From assembly GCA_002269645.1 (NCBI GenBank), contig NIVC01000175.1, positions 124,001 to 188,000 of the forward strand: a stretch of DNA of 64,000 nucleotides. The letters run 5' to 3'. The DNA comes from Macrostomum lignano (Eukaryota). Below are positions 52,860 to 63,504 of the stretch, in pieces (positions within the stretch are counted from its first letter, which is position 1; each line of letters starts with the position of its first letter). Below the pieces are notes generated by a model. It made no database searches. It saw only the letters and a program-made list of their open reading frames with translations, and had not been told where the DNA came from. The position numbers were made by a program, and so were the translations under genes.

Positions 52860-54554
52860 TTTTGAAGTACCGAAAATTACGCTTGAATTGCATTTTTTAA
52901 TTTTTTGCTTTTTTTATATTATAGATTTTTTATATTGCATCTTTCGCAATTAAAACAATTTTCTTGAGTTTTCTTTGATTTAGGTGGTAATTAAATTACA
53001 ATTGATTTTTACATACTTTTCTGTTGCATTTTCTTTAATTTTTAATTGAAGTTATAATTCAATTACAATTGATTTGTAAAAACTATTTTGTTGCATTTTC
53101 TTCAATTGAAGTGGTTATAAAAGAAATTAATTTGTGAAAACTGTTTTGTTGCATTTACTTTAATTGAAGTGGTTATTAAATTACAATAATTTGTGAAGTA
53201 CAGCCTTCTTTGTAACAGTTATCTGATCCAACATTTTTTGAGTTGCCTTCATTTTAATTGATTCAAATTGCATTATATTAAATAAATGTTGGATGCTGAA
53301 TGTTGAATATGCACCTTTTTTTCACAATTCATACACAAAAGGCTCGACGCATCAGATCTTGGTATAGAGATAAAAATGACTAAAACTGTTTTAAATCTCA
53401 TCCAGCATAGCATGTTTTAATTTATAATGAAGAATTTCGATATCAGGATAAATGAATTATTAGACAGAAAAGGTTGGAATTATTCATGTTTCCTTGAGTA
53501 TGCATGCTGAAATTTAGTTTTATCCTAACATTTATCGCTTTGGCCTAAAGTACAATTAATCCCAGATGACAATAAAAAGCTAAATAAAAACACATTTCGT
53601 TAAAATTAATGTAGTAGTTGGCTCAGGAAGAATGGAATAAAGTATTTATCAAAATTATAGTGTTTAAACTATGGTATAATAGCTTATAATTATTAATGTA
53701 CTATGTAACAGTGATTATTATTATAATCGAAGTATTTTTATCTTGTTATAATCAGGGGCAGACAAAATCAGACAAAACAAAAATGCAACATCATTTTTTG
53801 ATGGATCAGTTTTAATTAGATGAATATTCGTTAGTTATTTTAGATTCGGAGTGTGTAGGAAGTTATTTAGGTTTTAATGGGACGTTACCAACAATGAGAA
53901 CAAGAACGATTGTTGCATAAATTGTTTGTTAATTACAAATGTATGTAAAGGGAAAAACAGACATTCATGTTAAGTAATGCATAGATACTACGAGTAGTCT
54001 GTTGCATTTTTGCAAAGAAGATATTCCATTTTGGAATATGAGATAGGAGAAATGTTATAATATTGCTACAGACAATTGAAAGTAAAGTAAACATATATTT
54101 ATCTCCAGGCAGCTGACCTTTTCGTATTGTACTTTGAAGTTCCTATTCTTGAAATTAAAATGTTTATCTATTAGGAAATCCATAGGTAGTCAATATCTTT
54201 TAGCTTTACCATCATGTTCATTAGTAGTATTAATGGTGCTTTTCCAATCCTAGCATTGTGGCCAGTGAAAAATTTATCAGCAATGACAAAAGCCCATGAT
54301 TTACTCTGAAGTATTCTATTTATAAATGCTAATCATATAATACATTCATTTCCTGTTAGAAATCTTCCAGACTTGGTTAGCTGATATTAAAAAAGGGTTA
54401 GACTAATTTGATAACGTTCGTGTGCTCTAGATTTTAAGTCCACAGTTACCCCTTCAGCGTACACAGCTCCTCTCATCCTGTTCATGCCCGTCATCGCCTC
54501 CAACCCTCATTCGCCAACAAGCCGGCAATCGGCCCCTCGCCCTCACCTACGCAG

Positions 54555-55059
54555 CCTACTTGCCATTCTGTGCGTCAGCGGTGTCTCATTCCTGCTAGCA
54601 CTGAGCAGTCATCAGTCAGCAGTGTTGTCCAGTTCTGTCATGTCATCGACAGCCTCCGAACCGAGCGAAGCCTCAATGGGCCAGTGCTCGCTGCCTGGCG
54701 ACAGTCGCAAGCCGTCAATTTTCACTAAAATAATCCGCCGAGAAGTTCCGGCAAAGATTCTGTACGAAGACGAATTGGTAATTTCGTTTCTTGGCTTGCC
54801 GCAGAACCGCGTCACCCCTGTGCAGTTTCTTGTTGTGCCAAAGAAACAACTGGCCACGCTGGAGGAGGCGAACTCTTGCGATGAAGCTGCTCTAGGCCGA
54901 ATGTTTACCGTTGCTAGTCTGGTTGCTAAGCAACAGGGAGTTACCAATGGTTACAGATTGGTTATTAATAATGGTAACGATGCTGGTCAAGAGGTGCCTC
55001 ATCTGCATATTCACGTGTTTGCTGGACAACCTATGAGTTGGCCACCTGGCACTGACTAA
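54555..55059 (+). CDS. HINT: HINT (HIT-family) protein, complete distal exon copy ending GQPMSWPPGTD
   Basis: Near-identical ~580-bp duplicate of ~52205-52790, with HLHIH and the canonical WPPG C-terminus. Acceptor at 54554; in-frame ATGs at 54484 and 54640. Confidence 0.88.
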
Positions 55060-55297
55060 TTAAAGTTAGCGATTATCGAACTCCTCGTTGGAATACATTT
55101 AAAAAACTTTCAATTGTATAATAAAATTAAGTCTTCTATTGAAGCCAAATGGTCTGCCTTTGATTGGAAATATATACTCATATATATCGAATTTTTTATT
55201 TTTGTGCGTCTTTAGTAAACTCGTACAAATAAACGCTTTTTGCTTCTTTTTAATTCGATTCATAGTTTTACAGGAAATTTCCTTGTTAGTGCTCAAT

Positions 55298-55600
55298 AAA
55301 GTTCAAGACGATTCTCACTGAAGTTTAAGGCGATTGTCACTGAAGTTCAAAACGATTCTCACTGAAGTTTAAGGCGATTGTCACTGAAGTTCAAAACGAT
55401 TCTCACTGAAGTGCAAGACGATTCTCACTATAGTTCAAGACGGTTCTCACCACAGTTCACGACGATTCTCACCACAGTTCACGACGGTTCTCACCACAGT
55501 TCACGACGATTCTCACCATAGTTCACGACAGTTCTCACCACAGTTCACGACGATTCTCACTATAGTTCAAGACGATTCTCAATAAAGTTCAGGACGATTC
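55298..55600. repeat. ~22-nt minisatellite AAGTTCAAGACGATTCTCACTG / CACAGTTCACGACGATTCTCAC
   Basis: Read directly. Confidence 0.9.
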
Positions 55601-55787
55601 TCGATTAAATTTTGTGGCAAATCTCTGTAAACTTTTTTAAAGCGATTCTTAGAAAAATTACATTTGGTTATTCTACAAGCTACACCTAAACTACGTTGAC
55701 ATCATTTTACAGCTTATATATCAACTATCTCTTTCTGATCATTGATCGTTAAAAAGCTTGAAAAGAACTTCGGGTATTTCTAAGATA

Positions 55788-56852
55788 ATGCTTTGTCGCA
55801 TCTACCAACGCTGCCACCATTCTACTCAACCGTTTGCTTTGCTGCAACACTTTGCAAACAAATCTTTGCCAATCAATTTCTATAATTGCGCCTCTACAAG
55901 TGCTTATGCTACTACTAGCCTGAGTAGTTTGACTCAATCTTGCGCTATTAATCGACGTCAATTGTCGCAGGCTTCTCTAACTGATCAGTCCTCAGAAAGT
56001 AAACAATTGCTTTCACGCCAGCAACAGTCCAAGCCGAAACTGCATTGGACTGAAGAGTTTCGCATTCGATCGCCGAAGGTTCCACTGAGTAGACTGCAGG
56101 ACGAGCCAGTTGTAGCCATAGACATTGAAAGCGACGCCTTTAACGATAGACGGATAGCATTTCTATTGCGTCGGGGCATTTTAAAAGTGCCGCTGCATCC
56201 GAGAATGCGCGGTCTAGGCAAGATACTTAGCTATTGCGGTTTGTTTAGCCTGCCCTACTTGATGTTCTGCAAATGGGCTGGCGGTACACCTTTGCTTGGC
56301 GAGATGACCACTTATGCTATTCCAGCTACAGTAGCTGGTGTCTGTATTGGGTACCTTGGCATCAATCTAGCCTTAGAGAAGGCCTATCTTGCTAATAGAA
56401 TCTATTCGATAGCATTAGACGAAAATGATCCAACAATGGTTTATATTAGCACCTTGCCTGCTGGCGGTTGGCTTCACGGACAGCATCGCAGCTACGTGAC
56501 TACTATTGATAATATCGTAGTGGACACCGAAAATGCCAGTAGAAATTGGGCTAAACTAAGCTTCAAAGCTGGCGGCGAAGGTCTGTCATTCTCTTTGCCG
56601 ATAAGCAAACGAAAATGTTTTGTAGTCGATGGCAGGGCAATGTCGGCGTTCACCTCGGCAATCTGGTCGTCTAGTTCGGCTGCATCGGCGGCTAAGCTAT
56701 CGGACATGCGCGGCTTCGATCAGGTGTCCTTGCCGAATGAACGGGAAATTGATCGTCACCTTGACAGTTTAATGACTCCTGAAAATGCCAGTCAGTCAAG
56801 TGAGAAGTCTGAAGAATCTAATCAGAATAAGGAACAGAAATCCACTGCTTGA
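55788..56852 (+). CDS. Putative mitochondrial inner-membrane protein, TMEM70/TMEM186/TMEM223-like
   Basis: ATG 55788; R/S/L/Q-rich N-terminus poor in acidic residues (presequence-like). Two hydrophobic helices (ILSYCGLFSLPYLMF; TYAIPATVAGVCIGYLGINLAL) precede a beta-rich segment (RIYSIALDE..MVYISTL). Family call is inference. Confidence 0.55.
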   Translation: MLCRIYQRCHHSTQPFALLQHFANKSLPINFYNCASTSAYATTSLSSLTQSCAINRRQLSQASLTDQSSESKQLLSRQQQSKPKLHWTEEFRIRSPKVPLSRLQDEPVVAIDIESDAFNDRRIAFLLRRGILKVPLHPRMRGLGKILSYCGLFSLPYLMFCKWAGGTPLLGEMTTYAIPATVAGVCIGYLGINLALEKAYLANRIYSIALDENDPTMVYISTLPAGGWLHGQHRSYVTTIDNIVVDTENASRNWAKLSFKAGGEGLSFSLPISKRKCFVVDGRAMSAFTSAIWSSSSAASAAKLSDMRGFDQVSLPNEREIDRHLDSLMTPENASQSSEKSEESNQNKEQKSTA

Positions 56853-56994
56853 ATAATGGCGCGATTGTACACTCGTATACGCGGAATTTTATAGCTTAGT
56901 ATAACAACCGTCTGAGCACCGCTGTTAGTGCGATTGTATCATATCTATTTCAAGTATTTTGTCATCTGGACTTGTATAAAAAAGCATCATTTCT

Positions 56995-57130
56995 GTCGGT
57001 ATTCGCACCCTGACGCAACGCCTTCGGCGACATCGTCCCTCAATCAGCGCTGACAGCAATTCTGCCTATTCTTCTACACAGGTGTACAGCGGCCCAGACT
57101 TTCTAATCGTCCGTCAGGCATGTGCATTCT
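56995..57130 (-). mobile_element. Diverged fragment related to the 3' half of the SINE at 36379-36741
   Basis: Collinear blocks in the same orientation: gcaccctgacgca/gcaccctggcgca, gcgacat, ctgcctattc/ctgcccattc, gtgtacagcggccc, aggcatgt. Confidence 0.65.
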
Positions 57131-57589
57131 AGTAATCTTTTTACCGCTAAAAAAATCTTGAAACTAAATTGAGTCAAGAACAGTGACTCTGAACCTGCCA
57201 GATGCAACCTTTCATAACCCAGTGTTGGAAACTCAACCGTATTTACTATAATTGATCATTGAATTAGTTGATAAAAATCATCCAGCTTAGAACCATGCGT
57301 GTTGATAAAACAGGTAAAAAAAGTTCTGCTAACACGTTTTGTGTCTAGCTCCACCGTAAGGTTAACGTTACTGATGTTTGCAAATAATAAAGTTGTTAAA
57401 ACACTGATAAAGTTTGAATTATCTAAATACACGGTCATTTTAAAGCTTGCTTTAAAAATTTAAATTTCTTTTCAAAGTTTTTCAAATTTATCTGTCATAT
57501 TTGTTATTCTCGATATGCTTTCTAATTTAGCAGATAGAAATATATAGGAATTAATTCACTGTAGTTTGAGACTGACTAACTGACTTGCT

Positions 57590-57855
57590 AAACGACTGAC
57601 TGACTGTCTGACTTGAGTGGGTGACTGACTGACTGACTGACTGACTGACTGCCTGACTGACTGACTGAGTGACTGACTGACTGACTGACTGACTGACTGA
57701 CTGACTGACTGACTGACTGACTGACTGACTGACTGACTGACTGACTGACTGACTGACTGACTGACTGACTGACTGGACTGACTGGACTGACTGACTGACT
57801 GGACTGACTGACTGACTGACTGACTGACTGACTGACTGACTGACTGACTGACTGC
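57590..57855. repeat. (GACT)n microsatellite
   Basis: Read directly. Confidence 0.97.
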
Positions 57856-58380
57856 TCTGCTCTGTCATCCAATACGAAACTGTTCAGTCCTATGCAGTCT
57901 CAGAGCTTGGACTGTTCAACAGTGGAAGTTTATTTACAAATCGATCTAAAGTACACTAGTAGCCAGTCTAATTTCGATTCAGAGTCAATTTTGTTGAGGT
58001 TGTAGGCTTGGTCACGCTTGCTTTAGAGGAGCTTGTCAGCTGCTGGCTCGACATGCCTGATCAAACAGAATGCAGCCGAATTCGTCTTCTCTGTCTTGTA
58101 TTTCTAAATGAGAAAATCGTGTACTGTGCTCTGGATGTTTTATTATTGAAACCTGGACTTTTTTAAACTATCAGTAATTACACAGGCAATCTTGTTTTGT
58201 TAGAACTGTCAGTGAAAGGCATTATTGTAATCTTTTTTGGGTGGAAATTTTGGATTTTAATTACGACGCTTTTTATTAACCATTAGTTAATTGACAGACA
58301 TTTGCATCGGTATAATTTAGAAATTGTCAATACCCAAACTTGAATTCTATGAAAGGAATTTCTCCAGTTTCCTATTATTA

Positions 58381-59828
58381 TACCTTTTCAATTTCGAATT
58401 CGTCAAAAGTGAGTTCAAATTCGTCAGCCATAGCAAATTGTGAGTTCGAATTCGACAGAGTAAGTGAAATTCGTCAGTTCAAATACAGCCTGCTCAGAAA
58501 ATATCTTTGCTTTGTCTATGGCAAAAAATATGGTGGCTATGGTAAATTTAAGTAAAAAGTGAGTGAATTTCGTCTGTGGAAAACTAGCCCAGATTCTTGA
58601 AATTTTCATCCTTTAATTGTCATTAGAAATGCCCTACACGAGAATTTCGTCTGTGGATCGCTCTAGACCCTCGTTGATGATGAATTTACGGCACTTGCTG
58701 ACAACGCCAGAGCACACGGTGTTGTGAATTTCGGGCGACTTGACCAGAGGCTTCAGTTCTTGCCACCTTACTCGCCTTTCTTGAACGCCACTGAAATGGC
58801 GATTTCTTGCATGAAGGCGGCCCTTGAATGATCCTCAAGTCGTCTTTAAAGTAAATGATCGTCAGGCGGCAGGTGAGACCCTGCAAAACCGGCTTCTTCG
58901 CACTTTGGGTCGAGAAGTGGAAGCTGCAATGGCTGCGATCACGGAGGAGAAATGCAGACAATGGCACGAATTCACACTTTGTTGCGGACCGCGGTGTCAG
59001 GCCCACGCAGACATTTTTTATTTATTGTATTGACTCGGATAATTTGGTCCTATTAAAGTTTTTTTTTTGTCTAGCCATAGACAAGCACCAGCATCACAAG
59101 TGTCGAGAAAATACGAGTACTAACGATTGAATTATGATATATTTAAATTAGAGTTAAATTGAATCTAAGATAAGCCAGTAAGTGGGCGCAGGGCCCTAAC
59201 AAGTATATTTATACCAGACATTAACTTAGGGGGTTTGAATTGCAGATAATAAAGAGAGGGGTGGAGTGCGCGACTAAATAGAGAGGCGAGAATGGAGAAC
59301 CAATCAGAAGGCAGCAAGGGAGAGAGAGATAAGAATAACAAGATTGAGCTAGACAGAGAGAGAGAGAGAAAACAGAGTAAACAGAGACAAGTGAAGGTGA
59401 ACTAAAGAAATGACTAGGAAAGTCGCAACAACAAGAAGCTCAGAATACCGTACTTTCACCCTGCATATATTGCGAGCATGTGCTTGGACATAAAATAGAG
59501 TACTTATAAATAAAGGTTTGCAGCTTCTGCAGCGGCTATTTGTCTATGTGTGAAAGTACGGCATTCTGAGCTTCTTGTGATGCTGGTGCTTGGCTATGGC
59601 TAGGACCAAATAAATCGAGCTTCTGGCGATCCAGTTATATTATTCATCCATGGATTTTGCTCGTCTGTTTTCCTGTTCTGTTTGTTCTGTTACTGTTGTG
59701 CTTTCCCTGTTATTAATATACGCATGTTGAACTGACGAATTTCACTTACTCTGTCGAATTCGAACTCACAATTTGCTATGGCTGACGAATTTGAACTCAC
59801 TTTTGACGAATTCGAAATTGAAAAGGTA
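58381..59828 (+). mobile_element. Degenerate Tc1/IS630-like DNA transposon with 102-bp TIRs
   Basis: Inverted repeats 58381-58482 and 59727-59828, flanked by TA on both sides. Transposase remnant at 58667-59033: DNARAH..FLPPYSPFLNATE, then after a frameshift AMAAITEEKCRQW..PRC. Confidence 0.88.
59101..59430. mobile_element. Putative solo LTR (330 bp, TG..CA, 5-bp TSD ACAAG)
   Basis: Begins TGTCG and ends CAACA; ACAAG at 59096-59100 and 59431-59435. Removing it restores a continuous inverted-repeat arm. Confidence 0.75.
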
Positions 59829-60149
59829 TAGTATTTTTATTACCAGATTGAGTTCGAAAGACTTTTGGACAGAATCATCAAAGAATTAATTAATTACTTA
59901 GATTAGCAAGTGAAGCTTGTCAAAAATTGTGAGCTGTAATTGTTAGTTTACGTCTACTAGCCATGATGCTTGTTTCAAAAATACAAGCAAATACAAGACT
60001 GGCTTAAAGCTGTCGGATGGTCGGTACAGATAGCTGTCCTTGACTAATGTCATTGATCGTCCATAATATTTTTGTAGCCTACAAGTATAAAAGCTAACCA
60101 AGTTCTACAGTGCCATTTCCTGTCGAGCGACGCCAAACACAAATTCACT

Positions 60150-60740
60150 AGGACAGTCTGGGCTATATACTATCATCCCCGTTTAATTAAGTCAGTAGGA
60201 CTGTCTGGGCCATAGACTATCAACCCCGTTTGATTAAGTCAGTACCAGTTGGGCTGTCTGGGCCATAGACTATCAACCCCGTTTGATTAAGTCAGTACCA
60301 GTTGGGCTGTCTGGGCCATAGACTATCAACCCCGTTTGATTAAGTCAGTACCAGTTGGGCTGTCTGGGCCATAGACTATCAACCCCGTTTGATTAAGTCC
60401 GTACCAGTTGGACTGTCTAGGCCATAGACTATCAACCCAGTTTGATTAAGTCAGTACCAGTTGGGCTGTCTGGGCCATAGACTATCAACCCCGTTTGATT
60501 AAGTCAGTACCAGTTGGACTGTCTAGGCCATAGACTATCAACCCCGTTTGATTAAGTCAGTACCAGTTGGGCTGTCTGGGCCATAGACTATCAACCCCGT
60601 TTGATTAAGTCAGTACCAATTGGGCTGTCTAGGCCATAGACTATCAACCCCGTTTGATTAAGTCAGTACCAGTTGGGCTGTCTGGGCCATAGACTATCCT
60701 CCCCGTTTGATTAAGTCAGTAGGACTGTCTGGGCCATAAT
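60150..60740. repeat. 53-nt minisatellite CTGTCTGGGCCATAGACTATCAACCCCGTTTGATTAAGTCAGTACCAGTTGGG
   Basis: Period 53 at 60241/60294; about 10 near-identical units with no spacers. Confidence 0.96.
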
Positions 60741-61354
60741 TTATTATTGGTAATTGATAGATAAAGCAAGTAGCAAGTAAAATTATATTTTGGAAGATTT
60801 TCGTACTAAGTTGACCCCGGATTGTTACCGATTTCTTTTCGGAATAATGAGAATAGAGCTGATCGGATTATGGAGGCAGGGAAAATTCTGTCCTGAAAGC
60901 CTTCTTATTAAGAAGCACTAATAACTGCCAATATGATTGGAAACGATAGATTAGCAGGCATATAGACAGTGTATAAGCTAATTGATGTCTCTTTAATGAA
61001 GAGTCCTTTTGTCACAGATTCTCTCGTCTAATCAAGTAAAAAAGACAATATTGCATTTACTTTAGAATTTTGCTCGGGTAAGCACCAAGCTTTGTGTTAG
61101 ATCTTTTGTTTCTGTGGCGTTTTTGTGCGCTAATTGCTAATTTTTTGCTTAATAGCGATTCTCTTTTGAGCTGAGTTCATCAAGCGCATTAATACAGTCA
61201 GGTGGGCGTGCAACAGAAAACTGTGTGCTTTCTTTGTAGTTTAATCCTAATTATTTTAGCTAAATTGTCTATTGTCTTCTTTTAACTGTTTGCTTTTTCA
61301 AAATCCAAATTGAAATGTCTTTGGGCGTGTAAAAATTGCTGCGATCGTGTTGCG

Positions 61355-61900
61355 TGTTGCTAGGTTGCTGTTAGTTACCGTTGCTAGGGTGCTGTTAGTT
61401 ACCGTTGCTAGGGTGCTGTTAGTTACCGTTGCTAGGGTGCTGTTAGTTACCGTTGCTAGGGTGCTGTTAGTTACCGTTGCTAGGGTGCTGTTAGTTACCG
61501 TTGCTAGGGTGCTGTTAGTTACCGTTTCTAGGGTGCTGTTAGTTACCGTTGCTAGGGTGCTGTTAGTTACCGTTGCTAGGGTGCTGTTAGTTACCGTTGC
61601 TAGGGTGCTGTTAGTTACCGTTGCTATGTTGCTGTTAGTTACCGTTTCTATGGTGCTGTTACTGTTTCTTAGTGTGTTGTTAGTTACCGTTGCTGGGGCG
61701 CTGTTAATTATCGTTGCTAAGTGAGTTAGCTATTAATTACGGTTGCTAAGGGAGCTGTTATTTACTGTTTCTAACGGAGCTGTTATTTACCGTTGCTAAG
61801 GTAGCTGTTAATCACTGTTGCTATTTATAAGTTGCTGTTAGTTACCATTGCTAGGGAGCTGTTAGTTACCGCTGTTAGGTTATTGTTTACCAGGTATCAT
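61355..61900. repeat. 24-nt minisatellite GTTGCTAGGGTGCTGTTAGTTACC
   Basis: About 11 near-perfect units, then degenerate. Confidence 0.95.
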
Positions 61901-62479
61901 TGCTGTGGTAACTCACCCGTTGCTAGAGTACGTTAGCCCTAAAGTGCTATGTACAGAGCTGTTATGTACTCTTATCTAGCTATTCATGTACTTTCGGCTA
62001 CGTTATAGTTGATCACCATAAATCACTTTAAAACGCTTCTATACCATTTAATTTCTCAGAAAAAATTTTTCAGAACATATGTTTTAAGTAATTTTCCCAG
62101 TTATTTAACTGCAGGTTTTTACCTACTTTTTCTACCTTTAACTTCGGTCAACTTGCAGGCAGTTAAGAGTTACAATCTCGTGCACAGATTTGATCATACG
62201 TCAAAGGCGAAAGTCTACGCTTAAAAAAGGGTGACATAGTCGAGGCCTTATCTCTGCAATTAGGGTGCAAAGTTCAATCTTCAATCTGCAGTTCTATACG
62301 CAGGTACATTGTTAATAACAATTTAGAAATCCAACTTGACAATTCTTCAGTTGGCCACCAGCTGTCCACAGCGTGTCTTTAGCGGCTGGCTCTCATGCCA
62401 TCTGCCTTGGCCAGTTAGTAACAATACAAAACTTTATTATTGTTCGGCTAAAGAGTTCGCATTCCGGTTTAAAGAGAAA

Positions 62480-63481
62480 ATGTCTAATAGCAGGCAAGAT
62501 CAACTGCAGCAGGACTACCCATCAGCTGTCAGAGCTCTTAACAAGCTGCAATCGAATGCAGCAAATTTAGATCAGGTGCTGCGCGAGAAGGACGCCAGGT
62601 GTGGCGATAAAATACCAGAAATGATACGATGGGCTGCTAAGCTGGGTGAGATCTGTTGTTCCTTTGTTGCTTCTGCTGTTTCTTTGTTGCTTCTGCTGTT
62701 TCTTTGTTGCTTCTGCTGTTCCTTTGTTGCTTCTGCTGTTTCTTTGTTGCTTCTGCTGTTTCTTTGTTGCTTCTGCTGTTTCTTTGTTGCTTCTGCTGTT
62801 CCTTTGTTGCTTCTGCTGTTTCTTTGTTGCTTCTGCTGTTTCTTTGTTGCTTCTGCTGTTCCTTTGTTGCTTCTGCTGTTTCTTTGTTGCTTTTGCTGTT
62901 TCTTTGTTGCTTCTGCTGTTCCTTTGTTGCTTCTGCTGTTCCTTTGTTGCTTCTGTCGTTTCTGTTGTTGCTGGCGAGCCTTAGTGCTGGCGCCCTTTGG
63001 TGCTGGCGCCCCTTGGTGCTTGAACGTGTCGAAGTTATTGTCAGCTGCTGCTAAAATAACCTATTATAAGATGACGAGCCGTTAATAACTGTTAAAGCAG
63101 GGATATTTACTCCAGCCGTTTACCCTAAACGCGCTTTCTTTAGATGTAACGCCTGCCGACTACAACTCGCTTCGTGTGATCCACGTGACCGGCACCAAGG
63201 GTAAAGGCGGAACTTCGGCCTACGCCGAATCTATTCTACGTTGCCATGGTTACCGTACAGGTTTCTTCTCGTCGCCGCATTTGGTAGAAGTTCGCGAACG
63301 AATTCGAATCAACGGCCGGCCTCTGTCGCGTGAACAGTTTGCTAAACAGTTTTGGCGCGTGCACGGCAGGCTGATTGGCACGTGCTCTGCGGGTGAGCCC
63401 GAGCCAGCCTATTTTCCTTTCCTAACGCTGATGGCTGTGTGGACTTTTCTGGCTGAAAAGGTGGACGTTGCTATTGTTGAG
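62480..63481 (+). CDS. FPGS: Folylpolyglutamate synthase, 5' part; join(62480..62645,63144..63481,...continues beyond window)
   Basis: DYPSAVRALNKLQSNA; IHVTGTKGKG P-loop; GFFSSPHLVEVRERIRING; YFPFLTLMA..EKVDVAIVE. Phase-1 intron 62646-63143; donor GTAAGC at 63482. The frame is open about 50 codons upstream of the ATG (possible mitochondrial leader). Confidence 0.95.
62650..62965. repeat. FPGS intron minisatellite, 20-nt unit TTTCTTTGTTGCTTCTGCTG
   Basis: Read directly. Confidence 0.95.
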
Positions 63482-63504
63482 GTAAGCGCTAGTAGTGTGC
63501 ATCA

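Noticed and set aside
60150-60740. Possible CRISPR array (also considered for 24640-25090 and 44188-44790)
   Set aside because: Units are contiguous and near-identical with no unique spacers, there are no cas genes, and the context is eukaryotic.
62646-63085. Cys/Leu/Phe-rich membrane-like extension of ORF 62336
   Set aside because: FPGS intron minisatellite; the phase-1 splice 62645/63144 gives a continuous FPGS.
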